Assembly (NCBI GenBank): GCA_963674745.2
Contig: CAXXDV010000001.1
Location: 736,001-800,000 of the forward strand
DNA from: Desulfosudaceae bacterium
GTDB lineage: Bacteria; Desulfobacterota; Desulfobacteria; Desulfobacterales; Desulfosudaceae
Length of the DNA stretch: 64,000 nt
Reading direction: 5' to 3'
In this document: in pieces, positions 30,252-41,360 of the stretch
How positions within the stretch are numbered: the stretch's first letter is position 1
How the letters are laid out: every line of letters begins with the position of its first letter
Notes under the pieces: model-generated
Told to the model about the DNA's origin: nothing
What the model saw: only the letters and a program-made list of their open reading frames with translations
Database searches by the model: none
Position numbers and translations under genes: made by a program

Positions 30252-32150
30252 TTAATTTAAAACACGCTCGTTTTGCGTTATTTCACTTTCCGCTTTCATA
30301 CCTGACAGCCAGGCGGTTAAGGCGTCCTGCTTTTTCAACTGCATTAACTGGTTCATAACATCTTCTTTTACCTCGGAGAAAGCGTCCCCTTCCGGCGGCC
30401 GGCGGTCTTCCAGATAAAGCACATAGTACCCTTTTGACCCATTGATCACTTTATCAGCCAGCCGGTTTTCGGTATTCAGCAAAAAAGCTTCCCGGGAAAG
30501 CCCGGATTCAGTACCGAGATCCGGGACAGGTGCCTGGCGCTTGAAATAATCGGTTGCGATCAGTTCGGCCGATGTTCCTTCGACAGCAGCGTCAATGACC
30601 GAACCTTCCTTAAGTTTTTCCAGGAGATCTTCAGCCGCCTTTTGGGCCGCCTCCTCACGCAGCTCTTCGCTCAAATCCGCCAGCACGGTTTCCCGCACTG
30701 TTTCGAGCCCGGGTACCTCCGGCGCTTTTCGCTGATCTACCTGAAACAGGTAATAATTGTCAGCAATCTGAACCACATCACTGATGTCTCCCTCCACCAG
30801 ATCAAAGGCCTGGCGGACCAGCTCCCCGCCCTGCGGGATTTCTTTTACCGCTTCTGTCCGTGCTAACAACGGCGTCGTTTCCGCCTTCAACTCGAATTTT
30901 TCGGCCGCCTGCTTGACGCTGTCATTGTCTATGGCTGCGTCAAACACACTCATGGCTTGTTCGTAGGCCATGTCCCGGGCCTTTTTCAGCGCCATTGTGT
31001 TTCTGATATCAGCAGCGACGTCGGTCAAAGGTGTCACCGAGGCATCATTGACCTTATCCACCTTGATCACATGCCAACCGAATACCGTTTTGACCGGACG
31101 GCTGATCTCACCGGGCTCCATGGAAAACGCTTTTTCAGCGAATGGCGCCACCAGTTCCCCTTTTTTAAATTTTCCCAGGGCGCCGCCTTTAGACGCACTG
31201 CCCGCGTCCTGGGAATATGCTTTGGCGCACTCGGCAAAATCCCGACCATCGGTGGTGACCATATCATATATCTTCATGGCTTCCGCTTCTTTATCCGAAA
31301 CCGTGGATTCCGGTGCATCTTCCGGCACCTTGATCAGAATATGACTGGCTTCCACCGTTTCTTCAGTACGATAATCATCCTGATGATCTTCATAGTACTG
31401 TGCGACCAGATCCTCATCCACGGATACCCCGGCGGTGTAATCTTCGGGATTAAAGCGGATATAGGTTATCTGCGTTTTTTCCGCGGTTTTATATTTTTCC
31501 TTCTGCTCATCAAAATAGGTTTGGAGTGCCTCGTCCGAAGGATCGACATCCTTGAAATCACCCGGCGAAAAAACCGCTACCTTTATCTTGACCTCGGCAT
31601 TCTCCCATTCATACCAGCGGCGGGCCTCATCTTCAGACACCTTGACGCTGTCATCGATCAACTGTCTCACCTTCTGCGTCAACAAATCCCTTCTCTGCAG
31701 CTGCTCAAAAGATTCCGGGGTCAGGTGGTTTCGCTGCAATATGGAATTATATATCTTGGGCTTGAACTCGCCGTTTATCTGAAAAAATTTCATGTTTCTG
31801 ATCGTGGCCGACAACTCCTCATCAGACACCTGGAACCCGAGTTCGGCCGCTTTCTGCAGCAGCAGCGTTTCCGTAATCAGTTGATCCATGGCCCGTTCTT
31901 TTAATCTCAGCATGTTCAGAATTTCATCATTCAGCTGGTTGCCGAATTGCTGTCTGGCGGAGTCTAAAAGGACAAAGTATCTGTCCTGAAACTGGGTATA
32001 ACTGATGTCTTCCCCATTAACCGTCGCTGCCGTGACATTATTCTGATCCCGAAAATTTCCGACCCCCATAAAGATAAAGGCCAGAACGATAATGGACAGG
32101 ACGCCCTTGATTATCCATGACCCTGCTCTTTGACGCATAAATTGAAGCAT
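30252..32150 (-). CDS. ppiD: PpiD-like periplasmic chaperone / parvulin PPIase
   Basis: N-terminal anchor, SurA-N domain, ASHILIK, YSQD..SASKGG, PVKTVFGWHVIK. Confidence 0.88.
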   Translation of the reverse strand: MLQFMRQRAGSWIIKGVLSIIVLAFIFMGVGNFRDQNNVTAATVNGEDISYTQFQDRYFVLLDSARQQFGNQLNDEILNMLRLKERAMDQLITETLLLQKAAELGFQVSDEELSATIRNMKFFQINGEFKPKIYNSILQRNHLTPESFEQLQRRDLLTQKVRQLIDDSVKVSEDEARRWYEWENAEVKIKVAVFSPGDFKDVDPSDEALQTYFDEQKEKYKTAEKTQITYIRFNPEDYTAGVSVDEDLVAQYYEDHQDDYRTEETVEASHILIKVPEDAPESTVSDKEAEAMKIYDMVTTDGRDFAECAKAYSQDAGSASKGGALGKFKKGELVAPFAEKAFSMEPGEISRPVKTVFGWHVIKVDKVNDASVTPLTDVAADIRNTMALKKARDMAYEQAMSVFDAAIDNDSVKQAAEKFELKAETTPLLARTEAVKEIPQGGELVRQAFDLVEGDISDVVQIADNYYLFQVDQRKAPEVPGLETVRETVLADLSEELREEAAQKAAEDLLEKLKEGSVIDAAVEGTSAELIATDYFKRQAPVPDLGTESGLSREAFLLNTENRLADKVINGSKGYYVLYLEDRRPPEGDAFSEVKEDVMNQLMQLKKQDALTAWLSGMKAESEITQNERVLN

Positions 32151-32513
32151 TTTTTAACTACTCCTAAAATAAAGACACTGATATTATTCAGAATTGATAC
32201 AATCACCAAGATTTTCACAACAGCAACAAACTGCTGATTTTTGTCCTCTTTTATTTATTATATCAAATAAATCAGGTCAAGCGATTTGCTTTCTTTTTGA
32301 AAAGCACTATTTTTAATGTACGCTTAAAAATTCAAATCCTGGACGGAAATTTAAAGAACAAGAAACGCGGGTTAAATATATGTTTAATAGTTTCAAGTAC
32401 TTACAAAGCAACTGAAACTCCCGAAAGTGTCCATCCGCCGCGGCAGCCTGTTATGGAGGATGGACAGCGAAACGCAGACATTGGACCTTATTACAGGGTC
32501 ATCAGAGGTAAGT

Positions 32514-33338
32514 ATGCCGGAACTGCCGGAAGTAGAAACTGTTGTCAGAGGATTGCGCACCGCCATTATCGGAGAAACACTTTCCCGGGTGACCTGCCGG
32601 TACCCTAAAATCAACTTGGACAACCCCGGAAACTGGCGACAGTCCTTGAAGGGGCAACAATTTCTGACTGTCCGGCGGAGAGGTAAAAATATTCTTATCG
32701 ACCTGTCCGGCGGTTTGACCTTGTGGGTTCATCTGAAAATGACGGGCCATTTTTACCTGGCAGACCCGGCCGCACCGGTCGGCCGTCATGACCTGGTACT
32801 TTTCGAATTGAAAAGTCAAGTCCGGCACCTGCGATATCAGGATACGCGACGATTCGGCCGCATCCGTCTTTTTCCCACCAAAACCGTCATGAGCCAGAAA
32901 GGGCTGGCCGACCTCGGACCGGAACCACTTGAAATCAAAAGGCAGGATTTTCTGTCACTGATAAGTCGGTCCCGCCGTATGATCAAACCGGCGCTCCTGG
33001 ATCAACGCTTTCTGGCCGGCATCGGCAATATTTACGCCGACGAATCCCTTTTCCGGGCGAAAATCCATCCCCGGCAACTGACCTGCGACATTTCGACACG
33101 CAAAATAAACACGCTGTATGATGCCATGCGTGAGATATTGACCACAGCCATTGATAACATGGGCACCACGGTAGACACCTATGCCGGTATCAACGGTGAA
33201 TTTGGGGGCTTTCAATCTTATCTCCAGGCGTATGGGCGGGAAGGCGAGCCCTGCTTCCGGTGCGGCCGCTTGATCCAACGGGAAGTTATCGGGTCACGCT
33301 CATCCCATTTCTGCCCGCGCTGCCAAAAAAGCACCTGA
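32514..33338 (+). CDS. mutM: Formamidopyrimidine-DNA glycosylase
   Basis: MPELPEVET, RRGK, HLKMTG, GIGNIYADE, C-terminal Zn finger. Confidence 0.97.
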   Translation: MPELPEVETVVRGLRTAIIGETLSRVTCRYPKINLDNPGNWRQSLKGQQFLTVRRRGKNILIDLSGGLTLWVHLKMTGHFYLADPAAPVGRHDLVLFELKSQVRHLRYQDTRRFGRIRLFPTKTVMSQKGLADLGPEPLEIKRQDFLSLISRSRRMIKPALLDQRFLAGIGNIYADESLFRAKIHPRQLTCDISTRKINTLYDAMREILTTAIDNMGTTVDTYAGINGEFGGFQSYLQAYGREGEPCFRCGRLIQREVIGSRSSHFCPRCQKST

Positions 33339-33415
33339 TAATATGTTCTTTTCTTTGAGGGGGGCCTTAGAAAAAATATTATTGGTTTCCCTGAAAAGAA
33401 ACTCGGATTGGTTTA

Positions 33416-33504
33416 ATCCCGAAGGGATAAAGTCGTATAGCCGGTGGTTTTAACCACCGGAATAAGGGTATATATTATTATTCACGCCCTGAAGGGGCGT
33501 TGTA
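33416..33504. repeat. Half copy of family B repeat
   Basis: 28/29 match at 33432-33460 to 14822-14850; GCCCTGAAGGGGCGTTGTA is the exact reverse complement of 14910-14928. Confidence 0.85.
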
Positions 33505-33584
33505 TTTCTTTTTACGAAGCCATCAAGAACTATTTGACAGCGACTTGCCACTGCCCTTAATGTTTCCCCGAAGGAGATACGAAA

Positions 33585-34871
33585 ATGAAAAAAATGCTTT
33601 TGGCTATCACTTTTGTGATAATTTTCAGCCCGCCAATCCCGACGTCCGCCGGTGATAATGGGACCAATACGGTCAACCGTCTGTTTGATCCGGTAGTTGT
33701 CACCGGCAATGCCTGCCGCCTGACGGACCGACCGCCGGCTGATTACGGGTTATATGCGGTAAAAGACAATCAGCTGCGCCCTATCCCGTTTCAGATCGAC
33801 GAAAAAGATGCGGACGGGAATTTTGTCCTTACCCGGGGTAAAGTGGCATCCGCTGACGTTGACCCCGCTTTTGACGACAATGACGAACTGGTCTTCATGG
33901 CCATGGACGCCGGGGACAAGCTTTCCTGCAAAGACCTGTTGCCTGCAGGAAGTACGGACTGCGCCGAACTTGAAATAAACGATCCGGGAACCCTCAAAAA
34001 AACCTGGGTTTATCTTGTAACCAGTAACCGGCCACAGAAAAAATCCAATAGTGATTATGTCACCTATGATGACGACAAGCCTTCATTTGCCACCCGGAAC
34101 TATTCCGGCCGCTATGACGATGGCCATCCCGTGGGCGCCTGCCGGTATACCTTTGAACGAGGCGTCGACGGAGACGGCGACGACTTTATCGACCGCATTA
34201 AGATCAGATTAACCATGAGGTCAATAGGGGTAACACTTCATCGTTCCGAAGAGGACATCAAAGTCAAGGAACTGGGATATATCGACGGCCCGGTACGGGT
34301 AATCGTCTATTCGAAAAACGTCACCCCTCTGGTGCTGGGTATTCCCGCCAGTTCCACTAAGCAATATACCTATTATTATGATTCCTTTGCCGACTTTGCC
34401 TTTGCGGCATCGTTTCCCTTAAAACCGGGCTTTTTCCGGGCCACGGTTATCGACGATTTTAAAAACGCCAAAGGCTGGACATTTTACAATTCAAACAATC
34501 CCCGCGGGCATGTAATCGACGGCAAAATGGACGACAGCGACAAGGCCCTGGACCGGTCGACATGGTCCTGGAGCGCCCTTGACAACGGCAAACAGTGCTT
34601 CTGGTCGGTGTGGACGGCCCCGCCCGGGTGCCCGGTAAAAGCCGCGCTCTATTTTAACGACGATGAGTCAGCTAAAGACGAACTGGAAGACGATAGGGGT
34701 GAGCTGCCCGGGATCGGCTTTGATTTTAACACCGGCTGGGACCGGCTTGAGGCGGACAGCGTGGAACTGCGCCTGGTCCATTTTTATACCCGGGCATACC
34801 ACAAGGGCATGGAAAAGGAAATCCGCAACGTGTTTGACGCACCGTTGCAGGTGACGTCAAACATTCTTTAG
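33585..34871 (+). CDS. Secreted hypothetical protein
   Basis: 428 aa, signal peptide, AAGGAG RBS, IPFQIDE..DDNDELVFMA. Confidence 0.75.
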   Translation: MKKMLLAITFVIIFSPPIPTSAGDNGTNTVNRLFDPVVVTGNACRLTDRPPADYGLYAVKDNQLRPIPFQIDEKDADGNFVLTRGKVASADVDPAFDDNDELVFMAMDAGDKLSCKDLLPAGSTDCAELEINDPGTLKKTWVYLVTSNRPQKKSNSDYVTYDDDKPSFATRNYSGRYDDGHPVGACRYTFERGVDGDGDDFIDRIKIRLTMRSIGVTLHRSEEDIKVKELGYIDGPVRVIVYSKNVTPLVLGIPASSTKQYTYYYDSFADFAFAASFPLKPGFFRATVIDDFKNAKGWTFYNSNNPRGHVIDGKMDDSDKALDRSTWSWSALDNGKQCFWSVWTAPPGCPVKAALYFNDDESAKDELEDDRGELPGIGFDFNTGWDRLEADSVELRLVHFYTRAYHKGMEKEIRNVFDAPLQVTSNIL

Positions 34872-34884
34872 ATTTTATTGTGTA

Positions 34885-34907
34885 CTTTTCTTTGCGCCAA
34901 AGAAAAG
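34885..34907. repeat. Family C terminal hairpin between convergent genes (possible bidirectional terminator)
   Basis: CTTTTCTTTG-CGC-CAAAGAAAAG, identical to 15287-15309. Confidence 0.7.
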
Positions 34908-34911
34908 AAGA

Positions 34912-36009
34912 TCAACTCGCGTCCCGGGACCGGCTGGAAAACAGCACCAGGCACAACAAAACAAAAAACGCCAGGGTCGCGGCAACCGCCGCGGCGCGAT
35001 AATAATACCCCAGCGGCGCCAACACCAACGCTGAAACCCAGTGCAGGATAATCACCCCCCGGGAGTGCAACCGGATGGGAAAATCATCATACCGGCAGAT
35101 CACGGCCAGTCCGCACAGGTTCCAGCCGTAAAGCGATGTATAGGCATGCAGCTTCATCAGCCAGTGATATTTTTCCGGCGTATATCCGGGTAAGGCTTCG
35201 GCGATAATGTAAGCGAGACCGGAAATCGCGGTGACCATTAAAAAACAGACACCGGAGCTTAAAAAGTTCTTCTGCTGGATATTTTCGCCCAGCCGGTAAT
35301 AAAGCACAAAGGTCATCACCACCGCGGCAAACAACAGAACGGTGACGAATATCTGGGGCGGAAAAGATTCCAGAAGAATAAACACAAAAAAAATGATGAC
35401 GCCCAGGTTGATTGTCCAGAAGGCGGCCTCCTTCATCACCCGGACGGGGCTCTGGTCGGCTTTATCCAGAAAAGAGAAAATCACGGAAAGCGTGATCAAT
35501 GATACGGGAAACGAGTATCCCAGAAAAAACACGTCCAGTTCAAGCTTATGGATCTGTATCAGTTTCAGATACTCGTTGTTGATCACCACGGCCGTGGAAA
35601 AGACCAGCCCGATGGAAAGACAAAGCAGGGCCGCCTGATGGAATTTCCTGCTGATCGGCTCATTTCGGCTGAAGAACCCGAAGGGGAATAAGGTGAACTT
35701 TCGAATGCGAAAAGCCTCGACCATGGCAGCCAGAGACAGAGACAGGACAATGGACGGCAGATAGCATTTGAAAAACACGAGAATAGCATATGCCATGGAC
35801 AAGACCAGAAAGACCGTCGCGCTTGCCGAAAGGGTCTTCCGGCCCTGGGTGAAATACATAATGATGGTACCGCCGGCACAGAGGTTAAACAGAAAAATAT
35901 GCAACCGCTGAAAATCATACGGGGCAACATCGACAAACAGATGCATAAAACCGAAAATCAGGGCCGACAGTATCAGCAGGAAAAAAACAACTCTTAATTG
36001 TGTACTCAT
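34912..36009 (-). CDS. Polytopic membrane hypothetical protein
   Basis: 365 aa, about 11-12 hydrophobic segments. Confidence 0.75.
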   Translation of the reverse strand: MSTQLRVVFFLLILSALIFGFMHLFVDVAPYDFQRLHIFLFNLCAGGTIIMYFTQGRKTLSASATVFLVLSMAYAILVFFKCYLPSIVLSLSLAAMVEAFRIRKFTLFPFGFFSRNEPISRKFHQAALLCLSIGLVFSTAVVINNEYLKLIQIHKLELDVFFLGYSFPVSLITLSVIFSFLDKADQSPVRVMKEAAFWTINLGVIIFFVFILLESFPPQIFVTVLLFAAVVMTFVLYYRLGENIQQKNFLSSGVCFLMVTAISGLAYIIAEALPGYTPEKYHWLMKLHAYTSLYGWNLCGLAVICRYDDFPIRLHSRGVIILHWVSALVLAPLGYYYRAAAVAATLAFFVLLCLVLFSSRSRDAS

Positions 36010-36012
36010 TTT

Positions 36013-37395
36013 TCAGCTCAACTTTCCAAGTGCGTGTTGCAGGTACGGATACAATTCCGGGTATTGAAAGGGATAATTGATTTTCAGCAATTGTTCCGGG
36101 TCGACCCGGGTACCGGCCAGAGCCACTTCTTTGCCCATCTCGCCGAAGGCCGCCTTGATCATCACGGCCGGAACCGGCAGTATCGCCGGACGCGACAGTG
36201 CCCGTCCCAGGATGCGGGTAAAGTCGCCGTTGGTGACCGGGTTCGGTGCGACAAGATTGACCGGGCCGGAAACATCCGGGCGCATCAATAGATGATAGAC
36301 AGCACCCACGGCATCGTCCATGCCGATCCAGCTTAAATACTGCCGCCCTGAAGCGATCCGGCCGCCAAGCCCCATTTGAAACAGGGGCAGCATCTTTTTC
36401 AACGCGCCCCCTTCCGGGGTCAGCACGACGCCGATACGCATATGAACGACGCGGATACCGGCCTCAACCGCGGACCCGGCCGCATCCTCCCATTGCCGGC
36501 AGACATCACTGATAAAGTCATTGCCCGGTTCGGCGGATTCGTTCATAACATCATCGCCACGATCACCATAAAAACCGATGGCCGAAGCCGACAGCAGGGT
36601 CTGGGGTCTTGAACTCAGCTTCGCCATGGTGGTGGCAATCAGGCTGGTGCCGTTTACCCGGCTGTCGACAATGACCTTCTTTTTCGCCGGTGTCCAGCGT
36701 CCCTGGCCGATATTTTCGCCGGCCAGATGGATGACCGCGTCCGGGCGTGCGGCTTCAATTCCTTCAAAATCGATTTTACCGGCGGCCGGGGCCCAGAAAA
36801 CTTCATCCTCATTTTTCGGCTGTCGCCGGACCAGTTTGACCACCCGGTGCCCGCCGGTGGTCAGAAAAGGTACCAGCCGGGAACCGATCACACCACCGGC
36901 ACCGCTGACAAGGACTGTCTGCCGGGGCCGGTCGGCAAAAGTTTGATGAAGGGCCAGGTCGGCAGCCGTCAACCGATGTCGAAAGGCAAAAATCCGGTTC
37001 AACTGCCCTCTGATTATCGGTCCTGCCAGAGGATGCGAAATAACGTCCAACGGCATTTTAAACTGCACGGTATCCTTGAGCCGGCACCGGTGGTCTCCAA
37101 CAGCTTCAAAAGCATGGGTATGCGTCCATTCGGCAAAAGGGCCCCGCACCATTTCATCCTCAAACAGCCGGTTCTCCTTATACCGGGTATGGCGGGCCTG
37201 CCATAAATACGGCACCGGCCCGGCTTTCATGCGCAACACGACCCGTGCACCGGGCAGGATACCGCCTTCCCGGCTGACGACCTCGAGGGGATCCCAGGGA
37301 GGGCTCAACCGCTCAATGGCCCCGGGACGGGCGTGCCAGGCAAAGGCTTCTTTTACATTTACGTCCAGCAGGGACGCCCATTCAAATTTTTCCAA
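36013..37395 (-). CDS. SRPBCC + TIGR01777 (YfcH-like) NAD-dependent epimerase fusion
   Basis: FAWHARPGA..GPFAEWTHTH, then VSGAGGVIG, HLAGENI, SASAIGFYG, GPVNLVAP; TTG start after AAAGGA. Confidence 0.88.
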   Translation of the reverse strand: MEKFEWASLLDVNVKEAFAWHARPGAIERLSPPWDPLEVVSREGGILPGARVVLRMKAGPVPYLWQARHTRYKENRLFEDEMVRGPFAEWTHTHAFEAVGDHRCRLKDTVQFKMPLDVISHPLAGPIIRGQLNRIFAFRHRLTAADLALHQTFADRPRQTVLVSGAGGVIGSRLVPFLTTGGHRVVKLVRRQPKNEDEVFWAPAAGKIDFEGIEAARPDAVIHLAGENIGQGRWTPAKKKVIVDSRVNGTSLIATTMAKLSSRPQTLLSASAIGFYGDRGDDVMNESAEPGNDFISDVCRQWEDAAGSAVEAGIRVVHMRIGVVLTPEGGALKKMLPLFQMGLGGRIASGRQYLSWIGMDDAVGAVYHLLMRPDVSGPVNLVAPNPVTNGDFTRILGRALSRPAILPVPAVMIKAAFGEMGKEVALAGTRVDPEQLLKINYPFQYPELYPYLQHALGKLS

Positions 37396-37399
37396 GTAC

Positions 37400-39415
37400 C
37401 TATCCTTTCTGAACAAAGCTGCAGGGACTGATCAGCATTCTGTCCGCCATATCCGGATCGGTTGAGGCCAGCAGACAAAAGGACTCCCGGTTCTTTTTGT
37501 TACCGATGACGGCGATCAGATCGCCCGGCATCAACACAAAGTCCGCGTCCGGATTGGATCGCAGCCGTTTTTCCCGGACAACACCGACAATGGAGGCGCC
37601 GGTCTGCTTTCGTATCTCACTCCCACCGATGGTGCGGCCGGCAAGTGGACTTTTGGGGTTAAGATGAAACCATTGCAGATCAAACTGCTGTTCGGCCGCT
37701 CGAAGATGAGAAAGGGTCTGGTAATCCGTGTTTCCCGTAAACAGTCGGGCATAAAGCTCCTGCCGAATGGTATCCGTATAGCGCTGGATTTCAGTGGCCG
37801 GCACGTGAAGATGAATCAGGGACTGGCGGGCCATTTCCATACTGGCTTCAAATTCCGGCAGCACCACCGCCGACACTCCCAGTTCCTTGAACAGCGGGAG
37901 GTAGTCGACTCCGGGGGCTCTGGCGACGATCTGCAGGTCCGGGTTCATGCGCCGGGCATGGTTGATGACCGTTCTGGCCGCCACCAGCCCGGGAACCGCC
38001 AGCACCAGCAAAGAAGCCTGCTTTATCCCGGCCGCTTCGAGCACGATTTCCTGGCCGGCATCGCCGTAAACCGCCGCCATATTGTTTTTTACGGCCTGTT
38101 CGAAGCGGTGATGATCCAGTTCAATAATCACAAACGGCATTTCCAGACGTTTCAACACCTGTGCCACCTGAAAGCCGATTCGTCCACCGCCGGCGATGAC
38201 CACGTGACCGATGAAACCGTCCTCCGGTACATTGGACACGTCCAGGGCTTCGTGTTTGAACCAGCGTTTTCTTAAGGCATATATCCGGCTGGTCTGGCCG
38301 GAAACAAACGGTGTCATCACCATGGTCAGAACGGCTGCGGTTAATATCAACGAATAAAGATCATGGCCGATGGAATTGGTCGACAACCCCACCCTGGCCA
38401 GGACAAACTCGAATTCACCGATCTGAAACAGCCCCAGGCCGACGGCCAGGGGAATGACATTCCGGTAATTGAACAAGCGTGCGACAAAAGCGAATATCAG
38501 CCCCTTACCAAGGCTGACCGCAAGGACGAGGATAATGATCTGGGAGAAATGGCTGAACAGATAAGAAAGGTCAAACAGCATGCCGACCGATGTAAAAAAC
38601 AGCAGGCCGAACAGATCCCGCAAGGGAATGATATCACTCAAGGCCTGATGTCCGTAATCGGATTCGCTTAAAACCATCCCGGCCACAAAGGCACCGAAAG
38701 AAAATGACAGGCCGGCCAGGTGCGTAATATACCCCACGCCCAGGCCGATGGCGGTGATGGCCAGCAGGAACAGTTCCCGGGATTCCAGCCTGGCGATATG
38801 GGCCATCAACCGCGGCAGAAGCCGGGTACCCAGCAGAATCATGCCCGCGATGAAAGCGCCGGCCTTTAGGGCCGCGAATCCGATTACCGGCAGCCCGGCC
38901 GAAGGATCATTCAATTGCGGCAGAATGATCATCATGGGGATGACCGCCAGGTCCTGGACAATGAGCATGCCGATCATGACCTTGCTGGAAAGTGTGCCCA
39001 TCCAGCCCTGGTTCATCAGGGTTTTTAACAAAACCATGGTGCTGGACAGGGAAACCAGAGCCCCCAGCCAAAGGCTGGTGTGCCAGTCCCAACCGAACAC
39101 ACGACCGATACTTATGCCCAGGCCGATGGTCAGAGTCAACTGGATGGGAGTACCGACCACGGCAACCATTTTGACGGGCTTTAAATCTTTAAGTGAAAAT
39201 TCAAGTCCCAGGGCAAACAGCAGCAGGGCGATACCGATTTCGGCCAGCAGTTCAATTTCATGGATATTGGTGATCGTCCATCCGCCGGTATAGGGTCCCA
39301 GAATAATACCTGCCAGGATATACCCCAGGATCAGGGGCTGGCCCAGGCGCTGCATCACCAGGCCGCAAAAAAAAGCGGCCACGATCAGCATGATTATGTC
39401 GGTAGCGATTCCCAT
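37400..39415 (-). CDS. CPA2 cation:proton antiporter with TrkA-N and TrkA-C domains
   Basis: [45 protein letters not shown]-terminal RCK_C. Confidence 0.92.
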   Translation of the reverse strand: MGIATDIIMLIVAAFFCGLVMQRLGQPLILGYILAGIILGPYTGGWTITNIHEIELLAEIGIALLLFALGLEFSLKDLKPVKMVAVVGTPIQLTLTIGLGISIGRVFGWDWHTSLWLGALVSLSSTMVLLKTLMNQGWMGTLSSKVMIGMLIVQDLAVIPMMIILPQLNDPSAGLPVIGFAALKAGAFIAGMILLGTRLLPRLMAHIARLESRELFLLAITAIGLGVGYITHLAGLSFSFGAFVAGMVLSESDYGHQALSDIIPLRDLFGLLFFTSVGMLFDLSYLFSHFSQIIILVLAVSLGKGLIFAFVARLFNYRNVIPLAVGLGLFQIGEFEFVLARVGLSTNSIGHDLYSLILTAAVLTMVMTPFVSGQTSRIYALRKRWFKHEALDVSNVPEDGFIGHVVIAGGGRIGFQVAQVLKRLEMPFVIIELDHHRFEQAVKNNMAAVYGDAGQEIVLEAAGIKQASLLVLAVPGLVAARTVINHARRMNPDLQIVARAPGVDYLPLFKELGVSAVVLPEFEASMEMARQSLIHLHVPATEIQRYTDTIRQELYARLFTGNTDYQTLSHLRAAEQQFDLQWFHLNPKSPLAGRTIGGSEIRKQTGASIVGVVREKRLRSNPDADFVLMPGDLIAVIGNKKNRESFCLLASTDPDMADRMLISPCSFVQKG

Positions 39416-39546
39416 CGGACAGGCTTTTCTTCAAGTATCAATCAACCGTTTGCGGGCTTACCCGTTTTAAAATACCTTACCGGCGCTAAATACACAAGAT
39501 CACAGGCACGTTTTAACTGGTTTTTTTGGAAGCGAACCGCCATGAA

Positions 39547-39571
39547 GTAGGGCAACCCCCTGTGGTTGCCC
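39547..39571. repeat. Single family A REP
   Basis: GTAGGGCAACCCCCTGTGGTTGCCC, near-identical to the reverse complement of 13701-13726. Confidence 0.75.
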
Positions 39572-39684
39572 GCTAGACAATAACAGCCGTTTTGTTGCTT
39601 CGATGGGATTAAAATGTTAAAGAATATAATTATCTGTCATTCGATACCATCTGTTTTGTTACCAAAAAAATGCTTGGAAGACTT

Positions 39685-40293
39685 ATGAACAAGGACAGAG
39701 TTGAAAAGCGCAGAAACGAAATCCTGGCCGCTGCCTTTGAAGTGTTTGCCGAAAAGGGTTATCATGCCACCAAAATTTCCGATATCGCTGAAAAGCTGAA
39801 AATCGGTCATGGCACTTTTTACCGATATTTCAAAAACAAACTGGACATCTTTTCCGCTGTTCTCGACAATGTGTTTATCGAACTGATTTCCGCCATCTCG
39901 GATGAGCCGCCCGATCTGACAGATGATCTTGAGTCCTACCGTTGTCAGATCCGTCGCATCGGCGGAAAAATGTTTTCAGTTTTCTCAAAAGACAAACGGC
40001 TGGCCAAAATCGTTTTTTACGAGATTATCGGTGTTCACCCTGAAATAAACGAAAAGTTCGAAAAGGTCCTGGATTCCTTTGACAGCTATACCGAACAATA
40101 TTTTATCAACGGCATCAATAAGGGCTTCTTAAAAGAGAACATGGACACCCGGATGATTGCCCGGGCCGTGAATTCCCTTATTTTTGCTTCCGCCCGGGAC
40201 ATGGTTATTGCTGATGAGCCGGGAAACATTGTCGAGCGCTGGACAGAGACCATCATTCTCATGATGCTGGATGGTATGGCAAAAAAAACATAA
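39685..40293 (+). CDS. TetR/AcrR family regulator
   Basis: ILAAAFEVFAEKGYHATKISDIA..GTFYRYFKNK. Confidence 0.93.
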   Translation: MNKDRVEKRRNEILAAAFEVFAEKGYHATKISDIAEKLKIGHGTFYRYFKNKLDIFSAVLDNVFIELISAISDEPPDLTDDLESYRCQIRRIGGKMFSVFSKDKRLAKIVFYEIIGVHPEINEKFEKVLDSFDSYTEQYFINGINKGFLKENMDTRMIARAVNSLIFASARDMVIADEPGNIVERWTETIILMMLDGMAKKT

Positions 40294-40315
40294 ACGAGAG
40301 GGAACGCTTTTTTTA

Positions 40316-40344
40316 TTGACAAAAACGGAATGACGTGTCATTCT
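40316..40344 (+). promoter_or_regulatory. Sigma70 promoter overlapped by a perfect palindromic operator
   Basis: TTGACA(40316)-17-CATTCT; GAATGAC-GT-GTCATTC at 40328-40343. Confidence 0.7.
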
Positions 40345-40421
40345 TTTTTTTAAGACCGTTAACCATCACATAAAAACGAAAAAAGCTATAAAGCCATCAT
40401 AATTGCTAAAAGGAGGATATC

Positions 40422-41264
40422 ATGGTCCAAGTCGATGTTGTCTGGGGGTATGCTTTTGGCGCGACCTTCGCAGCCTGTGCCGCGCGGCAACTGGAAAAAG
40501 AAGACAAGCCCTTTCTCAACAAATGGTATGTTTTTACCCTGCTCTTTCTGTCGATTCTCTTCGCCCCTTCCGGGCTTTACCTTTTATGGGAACACACCCA
40601 GTGGGAAACCATGCAGGTGGCCAAAACCTTCACTGATCTGCCTGCCTGGCTGGTGGCCGGTTTCGCGGTCACCAACATCACGCAGGGCATTCTGGGCTAC
40701 TGGGTATCATTCAAGCTGATTAAGAAAGGCAACTATTACGGCGCCCACGTCAACTGGATGGTGGCCTGGATCCTGTTCTGGTTCATCCTGGTCTGTGGCT
40801 GGGATTGCACCGGCTACCAGCGCTTCCTTTATGACATGAGCGTGCACAACGGTGAGCTATGGGCGCCGGGCAAGCATATGGGCATAAGCTTCTTTTATGC
40901 CAGCCGGGTCTGGTGGACGCTGGTGGTCATGGCGATATTTTTCGCCCCCATGCTGCTTCACGGCTATATCAGTGCCGTGCGCGAGGGGCTGAAAGCCGAT
41001 CCGTCCATACCGGCTGAGAAAGTACCCGGACCGATTCGCATCGTTCTCGTTTCCATGGGCGCCCAGTGGGTGGCCTGTTTGGGGTTGGCGATCATCGCCG
41101 CGTTGGTCGTCATGGGTTTCCGGAATTTGACCGGCAGCATTCTGATGGGCTACATTATCGGCGTCCCGGTTTTTTGTATCGTTTCCTACTTTGTGCTTTT
41201 CAGGCGGGGCATGCCCATGTACCTGATTGCCAAACAGCTGTTCATCGCGGAACCTGGAAAATAA
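40422..41264 (+). CDS. Conserved membrane hypothetical protein
   Basis: MVQVDVVWGYAFGA..FAPSGLYLLW..WETMQ..GWDCTGYQRF; AGGAGG RBS. Confidence 0.8.
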   Translation: MVQVDVVWGYAFGATFAACAARQLEKEDKPFLNKWYVFTLLFLSILFAPSGLYLLWEHTQWETMQVAKTFTDLPAWLVAGFAVTNITQGILGYWVSFKLIKKGNYYGAHVNWMVAWILFWFILVCGWDCTGYQRFLYDMSVHNGELWAPGKHMGISFFYASRVWWTLVVMAIFFAPMLLHGYISAVREGLKADPSIPAEKVPGPIRIVLVSMGAQWVACLGLAIIAALVVMGFRNLTGSILMGYIIGVPVFCIVSYFVLFRRGMPMYLIAKQLFIAEPGK

Positions 41265-41296
41265 AAGTCCGGAGGGTCCGAGGGGTTAATAATACA

Positions 41297-41325
41297 AGGC
41301 CCCGCCAACCTTTGACGGGGCCTTG
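41297..41325. terminator. Hairpin between convergent genes
   Basis: AAGGCCCCG..CGGGGCCTT. Confidence 0.55.
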
Positions 41326-41360
41326 TGCTGTTTTGAAACGTTCTTATTCGGGTTGAAACG

